A DNA stretch of 64,000 bases from Phoronis australis (taxonomy: Eukaryota; Animalia; Phoronida), in the NCBI GenBank assembly GCA_002633005.1, contig NMRA01000176.1:628175-692174 (forward strand), written 5' to 3'. Made by a program: the position numbers and the translations under genes. The first letter of the stretch is position 1. Every line of letters begins with the position of its first letter. Shown here one piece after another: positions 1-11,275 of the stretch. The notes beneath the pieces are model-generated. The model worked only from the letters and a program-made list of their open reading frames with translations. It did not search any database and was not told where the DNA came from.

Positions 1-2945
1 TCCAATCCAATTACAAGACTGCACTATTATTACCACTGCTAAGAAAGGAAAAGATGTTAGCTGATGCCCGACAGCTTTTAATAATCATTAATGATGACTA
101 ACACATTACCGTGGATCAGACGAAAAACTTAGATACAGAGCAATATGATATGGATATCAAGGGGAATCTTCTCTCAGTGATATGACACTCATGGTTGAAC
201 TAATTACGGTATACATACGGTATTAGATATTCTTAATGTAAGGAGGCTAACAGTACGAAATCCTAATTAGGTTCAGCAACACCACGATAGTGTTTTAGCA
301 ACTTGTCACCCAACTGTTTGGTAACCATGGCGACAGCAGATCAATATTATATAATTTCCTAAGACGTGAACAACATAAGGATGCTACGTCTCATTAAAAC
401 CGAGAATATTTAAATATGCAGCAATCGCCACCTAGTGACTTCCTGGAGAGCTGTGTGTAAAAGTATAACCAGGAAACAAATTGTAATTTATAAATAACAG
501 TCCGCGTTAAATATAACATCACAACTGATGCACTTAAAAACAAGTGTGAACAATAAAAACCTCAAGTAATTCAGTACAAATAGGAATAATTACAAGTAAA
601 ACACCTGAGGGAAGATAAGAAGTTTTTGCCCTCCCTCTACGCTTGACTTAACCAAGGAATTTGCAGTAAAAATTCTTTAGTTTCAGACACAATATGGCAA
701 ATGGATGAAATATGAGTTTGCCAACAGAAATTCCAAGATTGCTTTTCACATGGTTTGCACAGTGTAGCTATTATCAACCTTTGGTGTTTCAAGTAGTAAA
801 CCTCTAGAAACCAGAAAATGAACAATGCCAGGAATTGTTTATGTCCCAAATTTAAGAATTCTAACTACCGTATTGAAATATGAAAGGGCATTTAACGATT
901 TTTTTTGAGATTAAAACTGAGATGTATTCATTTTCAAGCATACATACGGCAAGTGACAACCATCACTAAATTAGCCCCAACCATACCCTTTCCACTGATG
1001 CAAGCGTGTAACATGGTACCACCGAGGAACACATGCAGAATTAGTCGATATTCCGAGCAGATTAAACAGTCCAAATTTTAGCAGGCCCTTCAATTAAATG
1101 TCAGAAAATAACAGTTTATAAGCTTTCAAACAATCCATCACAACTTTGGAAGCTGGAAAAGTTACATTGTGAGACACTGCTTAATAAGAGCAAGCCATGC
1201 TACATATGCCAATCATATCAAGTCAGAGGTTGTTTTAGAATTGCTCATTTGTTGTAAAGACATGTTCTTTCTGTAGAAGTCCACGACATTAAAAGCTATC
1301 TGGTGCAATAATAATTTTAAAAAATGGCAAAATTTCACATACAACATTTTCAGTAAGTTTCAAATAATTTAGTGAACTTACATTTCATCTTACATATTTC
1401 TGAGTTAATGTCATGACATCTACACAACAAAAAGATTTTCCACAATATTTTTATGAGTTTGATCTGAAACAATCACTGATAATATGAAATATTTTGAAAA
1501 ATGAAAGACAATAACAAAAAGGGTATCAAAGTTTTGTGGCAAAACTTGTTGGTATGAAATGAGAATTCGAAACCCATCTCAGCATTAAGTAATTGTTCTT
1601 CGAGACGAAAGGTGACTATTGATCCAAGGCATATGCACACTTCTGCGACTGATTGGCGACAGTATTCACCTTTCTCAGGCTTCTAATTCAATCAGAGACG
1701 CGCTTTTGTGTAACAGATACCCCATGATGGGAAGATGTCACTCCCATCTATTAAGTGTTTGCCACAGATGTCGCTCAACACCAGTTAGTCAAAACACCAT
1801 GATTTTCAGAATTCTACAATTTCAGAAAGTAAAAGAGTTTGAAAGTTATAAGTGGGAGTGGTTTCAGAAACTCAACACTCGCACTTAAAGTTATGTAGAA
1901 CCATAGAAAAATATCCAAATTCCGCTAAATTCGTATGCATCAAAATGGCCAAACCTAAAAAAATTAAAAATTACATTTTTACCAAAATGATGCTTTCTCA
2001 TTAGAGGCGAAACTTCGCTTTTACCAAAATTTCGGTAAGTGGGAAAGTTAACTCCTGTAGTTAAACTTCAAGTGAAACTTTGCTAAAATAGTAGGATTGA
2101 AAAGCAAAGCATCAGTACTTATCAAAACTTCGGTGTAATGAGAAATTATTGGTAGAGGTCGCGGCAAGAATATACAATCACACAAGACTCACAAAACATG
2201 TTCTTTATTATTGTAGCATAACTGATGTGCTCTCAATAGATGCACGTAAATAAATAAAACAAAGCATGACACTGATCATTTTCATAAACACTCCTAAATA
2301 GCCGGAGAACAATTTTCAGTTAGCCTTGAACCCACTACTCAATATTCATTTGAGAGTAACAATGAACTATGCTGTCTGGTGTCTACTCCAATGGCTGAAT
2401 TGGCATCCAGCGATAACTTTGATATCGCTGTCTAGTGGGAAAGGTAAGTGAAGTTTTGGTAGAGCTTCGGTAAACCGAAGTTCCCCTAATGGGAAAGAAC
2501 CTTAACTGCAACTTCTTGGCAAGTGTAAAATTGTGGACAATGACATGTAACTCTTCAGTAATTAATCAAAATATAAAAGGGAGGAAAAACAAAGTTAACT
2601 TTCCAATTGTCTCTGTTTAAATAGTTACGAATCGCCACTCCAGTCTATACTATAAAGCATTTCCTCTTCAGACAGAAAATCAGCAAGATCTTTTAGCTCG
2701 TTGATTTCTCATGGTATTTGCCACATTTTTCAACAGAGCTAGAAAACCTTTTACAGAATTTGTCGGTGCTTTGTTTTGAAAGTGAAACCGAATGCCAGCA
2801 GTCATCAGAAAAAGACCAAGTGAATTTAAGCATTAACAGTGTACCAATCAAAGCCTTTGAAAGCATGAAAAATGGCAATTCTTGCAATTTTAATAACGGA
2901 AATCGAAGAAACTGCTGCAGTTATCAGTTTCGCTTGAAAGCTTAC

Positions 2946-2984
2946 CTTGTACTCTGTCAGCCAGTCTCTGATAAGGCGTGTCAT
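2946..2984 (-). CDS. FAM126A: Probable first coding exon of hyccin (FAM126/HYCC family); rest of the gene not identified, probably left of the window
   Basis: Minus-strand exon 3048-2946 bounded by TCTTTATTGCAG| and |GTAAG; first ATG after an in-frame TAA gives MTRLIRDWLTEYK then a phase-0 donor. This resembles the human hyccin N-terminus (..VVEEWLSEFK), whose first coding exon ends at the same K (recalled, not searched). Only 13 aa support the call. Confidence 0.45.
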
Positions 2985-5900
2985 TTCATCTGCACAGGTC
3001 ACTTATGCAGTACTTTGGCAGTAATCACGCACGCCAACACTCTTCAACCTGCAATAAAGATACCTTATCAAGAACATAGTCTTGGGATTTAAGCACAATA
3101 CACTTGAATAGTCAGCCTAGCTTAAAAATTAATTTTAATGAACTTATGAGGGGGAACTGTAATCTCCTGACATAGTAAATCTGACAAAGTAAACACCAGT
3201 GAAAAACCATTTGAAAAATGAACTGGATGGCTGTCTGGAAATGTCTGTCTGGTGCATTATGGTCACATGCGTTTAAAATCAGGCAACAAAAAATGTCCGA
3301 AATCTGTAACATGAAATTATATAACAATTGACAAATCTGAGAAAGTAGCAAAAGAGTGTCCCGACAATGCTCAGGGTCATTCTGGCATTCTTAAATATTT
3401 TTTATGTAAACATATTATGTTTTAGCTGACAAAGATTTTGAATGAAAAAAACATTGTGCACTCCATCCAGTAGTTCCATGGGTGAAAAACAACACGACTA
3501 CCAGACCCAGAACATGAGCACCGGTTTTCCAAATCGGACCGGTGAATTCACTGTGTATCATGTCTTCTACATAACCTGTCAAGGGCAGCCACTTGAAAAC
3601 CATTAGACAGGTGAGAATTGAAAATCATTAGACAAATTAATCACAGACGCAATTGCCCTCCAGAGGTAATTTGTTAAACTATCTCAACTGTGGCCCTGAA
3701 CCTGAGAACAGCAAGTTAACAAAAGTGGGAAAAGCAAAAAAAATGTGTAGTATGCTCCAAACTCATATTTTTGCTTTTTTCTTTTTAATACTTCTATTCA
3801 GCAGTAACCTCATCAGAACGAAGTCACGAAAATCCTCAACATGTTTACGCCATATTCTCTTCGCATTGTGTACTCAAGCTAAGACTGAGCATTAGGAGGA
3901 AAGAGACTACTAGGAGACACTGGGAAAAAGAAAGTTCCTTGTCTCTTTTAGCCGACACCAGGTGGTGCTGGAGAAAGAAAACCCAACATTTTAACTGGCA
4001 TCAGACGACTAGTTCTTTTTGAAAATAGGGACAACTAAAAACACCACACGTTTCATTTTAGGCTCTTGACTTGAACAAATTCTTTTTTAAAACTAATTCA
4101 AGTTACAAACATCGACTCTTGCTACTTTTGTGGACAATCTTAAGAAAATTTGAAGCACTTATTTTGGGACTGTAAAGCTGTGAACTCATTTTGGAAAAGG
4201 GTTAATACTGACATGAATTCATGACAGCCCACTTTCCTACAACAATGTTATCTTGAGCAAGAAACTTGTGAAACACCATATTCCTATTTGGTAAATAGTA
4301 CATTTATTAGCAGAAGTTTGTATCGAAAATTTTGTTCTTTTAAGTGCTTTAATATCGTCCATCGAACAATTGAGTGAAAAGTATAGTGTTCCTAAAAATT
4401 CATAATTTAGATCTCTTGTAAGTTTGAAGCTTTTTACACAAGTAGTCAGCAAGATTAGGTGTGCATATGCATATATGTGACTATGTGTCTTTTTGTAAAA
4501 AACCACAACACTGTAACAATTTTCAAAAATAACATACCCAAAATATGCTATTTATGGCCTTGAAGGTAAGTTTCTACTTGTCACTGTCAGTGTTAGCCTT
4601 GGTATACAGATTTGGAACACTCTGGGTAAAAAGTACAAAACAAAAAATTTTGCACAAAGTTAATGAATTCAAAACTACAGTCTTCATTGACTTAATAATT
4701 AAATTTGGTTATCGTTACAAAAAGAATGCCATTAGCCCAAAATTATGCAGTAAAGTTTGTGGATCAATATGAGCGCCATCTGTTGGTCAATCTCTGTTTT
4801 CGCCGATTCTTCAATCCACCATCTTTTTTCACATACTGTATTGCGCACAGTTTAAAACAAATTACCAGAAGTGGTTGCACTTAATTAGTTTTCAGTATTT
4901 TACTACCAGTGAGCCAAAATTATCAGAAAATTTTGCTTGGGAAATTTGTCATAATCTCCCAAAAGAAGACACTCTAGCCAACCTAACTTTGAGCAAATGG
5001 CCCGTATGCATGTCATGAGTGTACCATTTCGAAATCTTCAAATGACTTTTGTTTCTTACAAAAGCTGAAGAGTAAAAAAAGAAAATGGCATTAATCAGAA
5101 TGAGCTTCTTTTAAACGACAAAAAGTACAAGATTGTTGCAATTTGAATGTCGCAGAACTTTGCAAAAACGTATGCACGGCTGGAGGTGCTAGGTTTTGAG
5201 GTTAAAGTGAAGTAAACAGGTCTCTCTTCAAAATGGCTACCGTGGGAACCAGTTTTCACTGAATAACAGGCATTGCCATTATTTAGTGAAAACCAGTTGC
5301 CTGTAGCCATTTTGAAGAGGGAGTTGTTTACTCCACTTTTACCGTTTTTGATTAAGTTTTGTTGTGGAAGGACAGCAAACATAGATGTGGGAAAATGAAC
5401 ATCGACTTGCCCTTTATATTTTAAATTTTTAACCATTGGGTTTTGACAATACAGCAAGCCAGCTACCTGGCTATGTCAGTGTCCGAGTCGATTATCATTG
5501 CTGTATAAACGCAGCACTGTACTTATTTACACTGAGACAGGTTGAGATTGTAGCCTTCCGTTAGACAGTGACCACCGTGTCTAGACAGCTAGTCTAGTGT
5601 AGTTCGTACAGGAGCTTCACATGCTAGTTAAGCTTTTTGGCAAATTATGGCTCAAACTGGAAAATCATCAAAGTCACGCTGTTATAAATACCTTTTCCGC
5701 ATAGAGGGACACCTTAGGAGGCCGTCAATGTAATTCCTTCCAGCTCGCAGAAATACTCCCATTATCAAACTTTTTCTTTAAGCAGTCCATCGTTCAGTTC
5801 CCAACAACAGAAAATTTGCCATTTTTAACACTGCACGCGGCAGGTGGTATGATGTCATATTCCCTGGCATAAGCAGTGTAAAAATGGCCAGTTACCGATT

Positions 5901-6210
5901 TTGGGAAATGAACGAGGGACTGCTTAAAGAAAAAGTTTGATAACGGGAGTATTTCTACAAGTTAGAAGGAATTAAATACATTGACGGCCTCCTGAGAACT
6001 TGTCTTTCTATGCGCAAAAGGTATAGCAAAGTGACTTTAATGTTTTAGCTAGTGTGAGCCATAATTCACAGAAAATCTTCCGGCATATGAAGCTCCTTTA
6101 AAAGCTACACCGTCTCCAAGTCAGCTAGAGACGATGGTCGTGGTCTAGCTTTCCACAGGCAGTGCATGGTCGGCGCTAGGCAACACGTAGCCTTTCGGTT
6201 GGTCGGTTAG

Positions 6211-6365
6211 TGTTGATATGAGCGACCTCTACCGGTCTCTCTATATATATATATTACATAGTGTAAACATCTGTTAGTTGTAGTGTGAGCACCAGTTAGT
6301 GCACATCAATAAAAGCAGTACTAGTTATCCTGAAGATCGTTCTTTATTCACTTAACAACTCAACA
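6211..6365 (+). repeat. 5' LTR (155 bp)
   Basis: Terminal inverted repeats TGTTG/CAACA, TA-repeat TATA-like tract ~6242-6254, AATAAA 6308-6313; start is fixed by the empty-site copy at 8023-8204. Confidence 0.88.
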
Positions 6366-6378
6366 TGGTGGCAGCGGT
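6366..6378 (+). promoter_or_regulatory. Primer-binding site, complementary to tRNA-Leu 3' end
   Basis: TGGTGGCAGCGGT immediately after the LTR-terminal CA; complementary to the ACCGCUGCCACCA 3' end of tRNA-Leu (established). Confidence 0.8.
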
Positions 6379-6399
6379 ATTTTGACCAATCTCTGAAAG

Positions 6400-8021
6400 A
6401 TGGCAACGAACGGCAATTTTAGACTGCCTCCACAACTGGACTTATCGGACGCTAATCTCGCGGAAACATTCCGCAAATGGAAACAGCAATTAAACGTATA
6501 TTTGTTGGCCAGCGGAGCGACAGGAAAACCCAAGAAGGTACAAGCAGCAATTATTTTGCATTGCGGTGGCAATGACGTGATTAGCGCTGCTGAACATTTT
6601 GTATACGATAATGCCGGAGACGAGGAAGATCCCGAGAAACTGTTACAAAAACTGGAGGAGTATTGTACGCCAAAACAAAATGTGGTGGTCGAAACATTTC
6701 GTTTTTGGAAAATCAAGTATAACGAACCATTCGACACATTTTTGACCGAAGTGCGGACAAAAGCTGAATCCTGCAAATTCAACGACAAAGAAAGAATGAT
6801 ACGGGACAAAATAGTGTTAAGTGTCAGTGGAAAATTGCAAGAACTGTTACTGAGAGAAACTGATTTGACACTGGACAAAACGATAAAAACGTGCCGCGCA
6901 TTCGAGATGTCAAATCAGCAAGTCCGTGAAATGGGTACGCTTAGTGGCACAAACGACACTAAAATCCAAAAGGTAAGAAAGCAACCTTTCAAACACACAC
7001 CCGCCGCACACAAAAGGTATCCAAATGCCAGTTACGATCAGAAACCCCCTGCGACGATAGACTGTGACTTTTGTGGAAAAAAACACAAAAAGGGGAAGGA
7101 TTATTGCCCGGCCTGGGGTAAAATATGCACAGGGTGTGGCGGACGAAACCATTTCAAACCAAAGTGTAAAAAAGTGAACGTGGTGAGCCAGGAATCACAA
7201 TCTGAAATTGATGAACAATGGCTACAACACATCGATACTGGATCGCCAAAACGCGTGTTCGCAAACATGAATGTCAACGGATGTGACATACGCTTCCAAT
7301 TAGACACTGGTGCAGATATAAACACGATATGCCAGAAATACGTGAGAAAAGACCAGTGCAAGCCGAGTACTAACAGATTGGTTATGTGGAACAAAACCAA
7401 ACAACAGCCATTGGGCGAGGCAACACTCAATCTGACCAACCCCGTCGACGGAATTCCCAGACGAATAACATTTACAGTAGTTCCGAACGGATTCAACTGC
7501 CTATTAGGGATAGAAACCCTGGAGACCCTGGGATTAATTACTGTAAACAATGACAAGTTTGTGTCTGAAATACACACTAACAAGATTTATGGTAACTGCG
7601 CGGGAAATCTCGGAGACTTGGGGGAGGTGTCCTTTGTCACTGATGACAAGATCCCCCCCAAAACATTGCCTGCAAGGAAAATACCCATTGCATTGCAAGC
7701 GGAGGTAAAGGCAGAATTGGATAACTTGATTGAACGTGGAATATTGATACCGGTAACTGAACCAACCAAATGGGTATCACAAATGGCAGTAGTAAGAAAA
7801 CCAAACGGAAGTTTGCGCATATGTATTGATCCCCAGCCACTGAACAAGGCATTGTTGCGCGAACACTATAAGATGCCTACATTGGATGAAGTTTTGCCAA
7901 AGCTAAATAACGCAAAAATATTTAGCAAATATGACGTGAAAGAGGCATTTTGGCACGTGCGCCTAGACGAAGAATCGAGTTTTCTGACAACAATGATAAC
8001 CTCTTTTGGAAGCCGCGTCAG
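6400..8021 (+). CDS. Gag-Pol polyprotein (Gag, double zinc knuckle, aspartic protease, N-terminal reverse transcriptase), truncated
   Basis: CDFCGKKH..CPAWGKICTGCGGRNHFKPKC knuckles, LDTGAD protease motif, RT motifs WVSQMAVVRKPNGSLRICIDPQPLNKAL and FSKYDVKEAFWHV; no stops over ~540 codons. Confidence 0.95.
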
Positions 8022-8022
8022 N

Positions 8023-8204
8023 AAGTGACTTTAATGTTTTAGCTAGTGTGAGCCATAATTCACAGAAAATCTTCCGGCATATGAAGCTCCTTTAAAAGCT
8101 ACACTGTCTCCAAGTCAGCTAGAGACAATGGTCGCGGTCTAGCTTTCCACAGGCAGTGCATGGTCGGCGCTAGACAACACGTAGCCTTTCGGTTGGCCGG
8201 TTAG
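8023..8204 (+). repeat. 182-bp near-identical duplicate of 6029-6210 (probable second haplotype, empty insertion site)
   Basis: Starts right after the single N at 8022; about 5 substitutions; continues GGTTAG|GGGCTA without the LTR. Confidence 0.85.
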
Positions 8205-9719
8205 GGGCTACAATACTTCCCATAGCTTTCTGTACGACTTTTGTCCCGTGTTTATTTTACACAGCCGGCAAGCCACATTCGGTCACCGATTAAGAGTTTT
8301 CATCTTGTGAAAAATACATTCACACTTAAAACTATCACTTAAAACAGCGCTAATACTTTCTTCAGTGGCTGATCCTTTCTACTTCTACATATATCTTAAA
8401 TGAAGCATAGTTACGAGAATTAAGGTGACTTTAGAGTAGTAATCCAACTCCAGTTTTTTGGTCACCATTAACTTTTTCACCACGCGTGCGATGACCACAA
8501 AGTATTTCAACTGAGTCATGTGAGTTAGGCAAAGGCTAGCGCGAGACTGAGCGAAGCGCGTGACACTGGTACGTGACAATTGCTAAATAGTAGGTGAAAT
8601 TTGTAAGATTTGCATCCCTTGGACTATTTATTCGCCAGCATGCGTGATTCCACATAACTTCCTCAAAATGGCACTTAATACGAGAAACAGACTCGAACAA
8701 ACTGCGACAGATTTCCATTGAGTCAAATTATCTTAACTGAATCATCCCCAGAATGTGTTAATTGCCCAGTAACTCCATGTGCATGTTTCACTTGATTTTA
8801 TTTCCTGAATTTTGAAATTCGTAACTTTTTGTGGGGATGTACTATTGCCCCTTTATGCCTGCGGCATCCAAGGCATTGCCTAGGTCCGGGCTATCCAGTC
8901 AAATTTAGAGTCAGAGACCAGAAATGCAGTGCAAGAGGCAGTGCAGCACTACTACTCAGCTAATTAAAGGAATCGCTGGTTAGTGGTTGACCCGTTCTCT
9001 AAATCAGGGTCCGCAGTAACCCATCGATAACATAAATTTGAGACTGGTCGGCGCTATCCAGTCAAATTTTAGAGACCATGCAGTACCGTTCAAAAATAAA
9101 GGAGTCGTTATTTAGTAATTGCCTGGTATTCCAATTCAGTGTCCGTTGCATTCCTCCAGTATCTTCTGAAGATTTTTATGATATGCAATTACACTGTTAT
9201 GGTAATCGAGGGGTCGATTCATAGTGGTGTTTTCAACGACAACGCCGGGGCCTGGGCCTACCTGTGTTTTTGTTCACTTTCCTCCATACATGCGCAAACT
9301 TATCGCAAACTAACCTCATGTGCGCATCTTCCTTTTGCATAAGAAATTTGCACTTAACTCTTGTTCGTATCTGGCATATACTTTTCCTGACAAATATTTA
9401 AACGTAAGGGCGATTGAAAAAGGTCTTTGTACAATCTTTGTGTGAATTTGTATAATATAGAAAGGCCAATTTCGATTTAATGCGAACCTTATGACAGAGG
9501 TCGCTTCAGACAATATGGCCGCCTTCAGAGCAGGTATGCTTTTATGATTTTGTAGAATTGTACGTTTTTCATACAGTCCGACATAATTATTCTTGCAACG
9601 GACTTAGACCCTTATAATATGACAATGGTCACTTACAGGAGTTTCTGATTTTGAAAAACAGTTTGATATCCGTTATTATCTGTTTATCAGTTCATGGTGA
9701 AAATAATCAGGGCCCGGGA

Positions 9720-11275
9720 ACTCGTAGGCAATGACCATTGCCTCTGTTGGCCCGAACCAGAGGCGATGCAGAGGCTATAGGCGCTCTGTACGCTGGAAGC
9801 TTTTCGGCGAATTATGCCTCGCACCGACTAAACCATCAAAGTCACGTTGTTATAAATACCTTTTGCGCATAGAGGAACACCTTGGGAGGTTGTCGATGTG
9901 TTTAATTCCTTCCAACTCGAACAAATACTCCCGTTATGAAACTTTTTGGTAATTGTTTACAATATGACGACAATAACTTAGACATATGATTTTGGTATCG
10001 TTCGATTCCTCGCAATGTTATCTTTCCTAATATACACAGAAATTTCTCCTACCCCGTTCCCTTAGGCTTAGTTTTTTATCGTGAAATTTCTGCTCGCACT
10101 ATTTCCAGGTACTCGGTGCGAAACCGCCATGTTGAATGGATAAGGAGTCACCTGGCGGTCAAAAACTGAACTAATCTACCGACTTGTAGATCGTCGCTTT
10201 TCATAAGTTCAAATTGACCGAGACCCGTCAATCCCCTGCCCGAGATATGTAACCAAGGGTTCGAATTCGATCCTATGGTGACCCTGATATACGCATCTGC
10301 TAGCAAAAATCTGCCAAAAAAGCGGAGGTTGTTTTTGAGGTCCAGATTTGTGAAAAAGTATCACTTCAGACAATTTCATGGAAAAATGGTCAAATGGTCA
10401 CAATTCTAAAAAAATGGAAAAGGTAAAATGCTTCTACTTGTGCATCCACCATATTATGTCAGGAAAACTTTAGCGGGAATCTCGCGCGGGCAACCACCAT
10501 TCAGAATCAATAATGCTGTTTCATTCAATAACAATAGGTGTCGCTGTTATCTTGAGTTGAACTAACATGGCGGTGTCCACCGGGCAATAGTGCTAACTGA
10601 AATTCGACGATAAAATNNNNNNNNNNNNNNNNNNNNNNNNNNNNNNNNNNNNNNNNNNNNNNNNNNNNNNNNNNNNNNNNNNNNNNNNNNNNNNNNNNNN
10701 NNNNNNNNNNNNNNNNNNNNNNNNNNNNNNNNNNNNNNNNNNNNNNNNNNNNNNNNNNNNNNNNNNNNNNNNNNNNNNNNNNNNNNNATATCAACAGCAT
10801 TTATTTTTATCAAATACAAACAATAATTCATTGAAATACAATCAGTTTCAAGTAACGCCAATTAAAGACAAGTATAAGTGGTGGCATTTTGGAAACGAAC
10901 ATTTGACTGACAAGACCGCAATGGCTCACCTTTGGCCTATTTAAAGATTGAGGTCATGAAGTCACATCACCTAGCGAGCGCGGTAAAAATTGGAGCATGC
11001 GCAGTATAAAAATGGTGAGTTCGCGATTTTGGGAATAGGGACTGCTCGAAGAAAAAGTTTGATAACGGGAGTATTTGCTCGAGTTGGAAGGAATTAAACA
11101 CATCGACAACCTCCTCAGGTGTTCCTCTATGCGCAAAAGGTATTTATTACAACCTGACTTTGATGGTTTAGTCGGTGCGAGGCATAATTCGCTGAAAAAC
11201 TTCCGGCGTACAGAGTGCCTATAGCCTCTGCATCGCCTCTGGTTTGGGCCAACAGAGGCGATGGTCATTGCCTAG
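9720..11275. mobile_element. Second member(s) of the same foldback family: inverted arms ~9725-9948 and ~11050-11275 around unrelated sequence and an N gap
   Basis: ORFs 9731-9952(+) and 10954-11268(-) translate almost identically because they are inverted copies; shared core CCTTTTGCGCATAGAGGAACACC and AATACTCCCGTTAT also matches 5690-5770. Confidence 0.75.
10617..10787. other. Assembly gap (N run)
   Basis: 171 consecutive N. Confidence 1.

Larger units (their letters stand above)
6211..8021 (+). mobile_element. Ty3/Gypsy (Mag-like) LTR retrotransposon, 5' portion, truncated at assembly join
   Basis: 155-bp LTR TGTTG...CAACA (6211-6365), PBS, uninterrupted gag-pol ORF running into the N at 8022. 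Confidence 0.93.
5500..8265. mobile_element. Palindromic foldback/MITE-like element (arms ~5500-5835 and ~5875-6210 plus 8205-8265) interrupted by the Gypsy insertion
   Basis: AAATACTCCCATTATCAAACTTTTTCTTTAAGCAGTCC (~5751) is the near reverse complement of GGACTGCTTAAAGAAAAAGTTTGATAACGGGAGTATTT (~5917); GATTGTAGCC (~5546) pairs with GGCTACAAT (~8206). Outer ends approximate. Confidence 0.7.

Noticed and set aside
1200-1290. Minus-strand NVVDFYRKNMSLQQ as a further hyccin exon
   Set aside because: Weak resemblance only, in-frame stop follows and no convincing splice sites.
6360-7852. Minus-strand ORFs overlapping gag-pol
   Set aside because: Antisense shadows of the retrotransposon ORF with no motifs.
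8885-9130. Two diverged ~165-bp direct repeats (GCTATCCAGTCAAATTT) as LTRs
   Set aside because: Adjacent, no TG..CA ends, no internal region; simple old tandem duplication.
10525-10861. ORFs spanning the N gap
   Set aside because: Artefacts of undetermined bases.
9731-11268. Pair of similar ORFs (MTIASVGPNQRRCRGY...) as a duplicated gene
   Set aside because: They are chance frames in the inverted arms of a non-coding foldback repeat; no recognisable domain.
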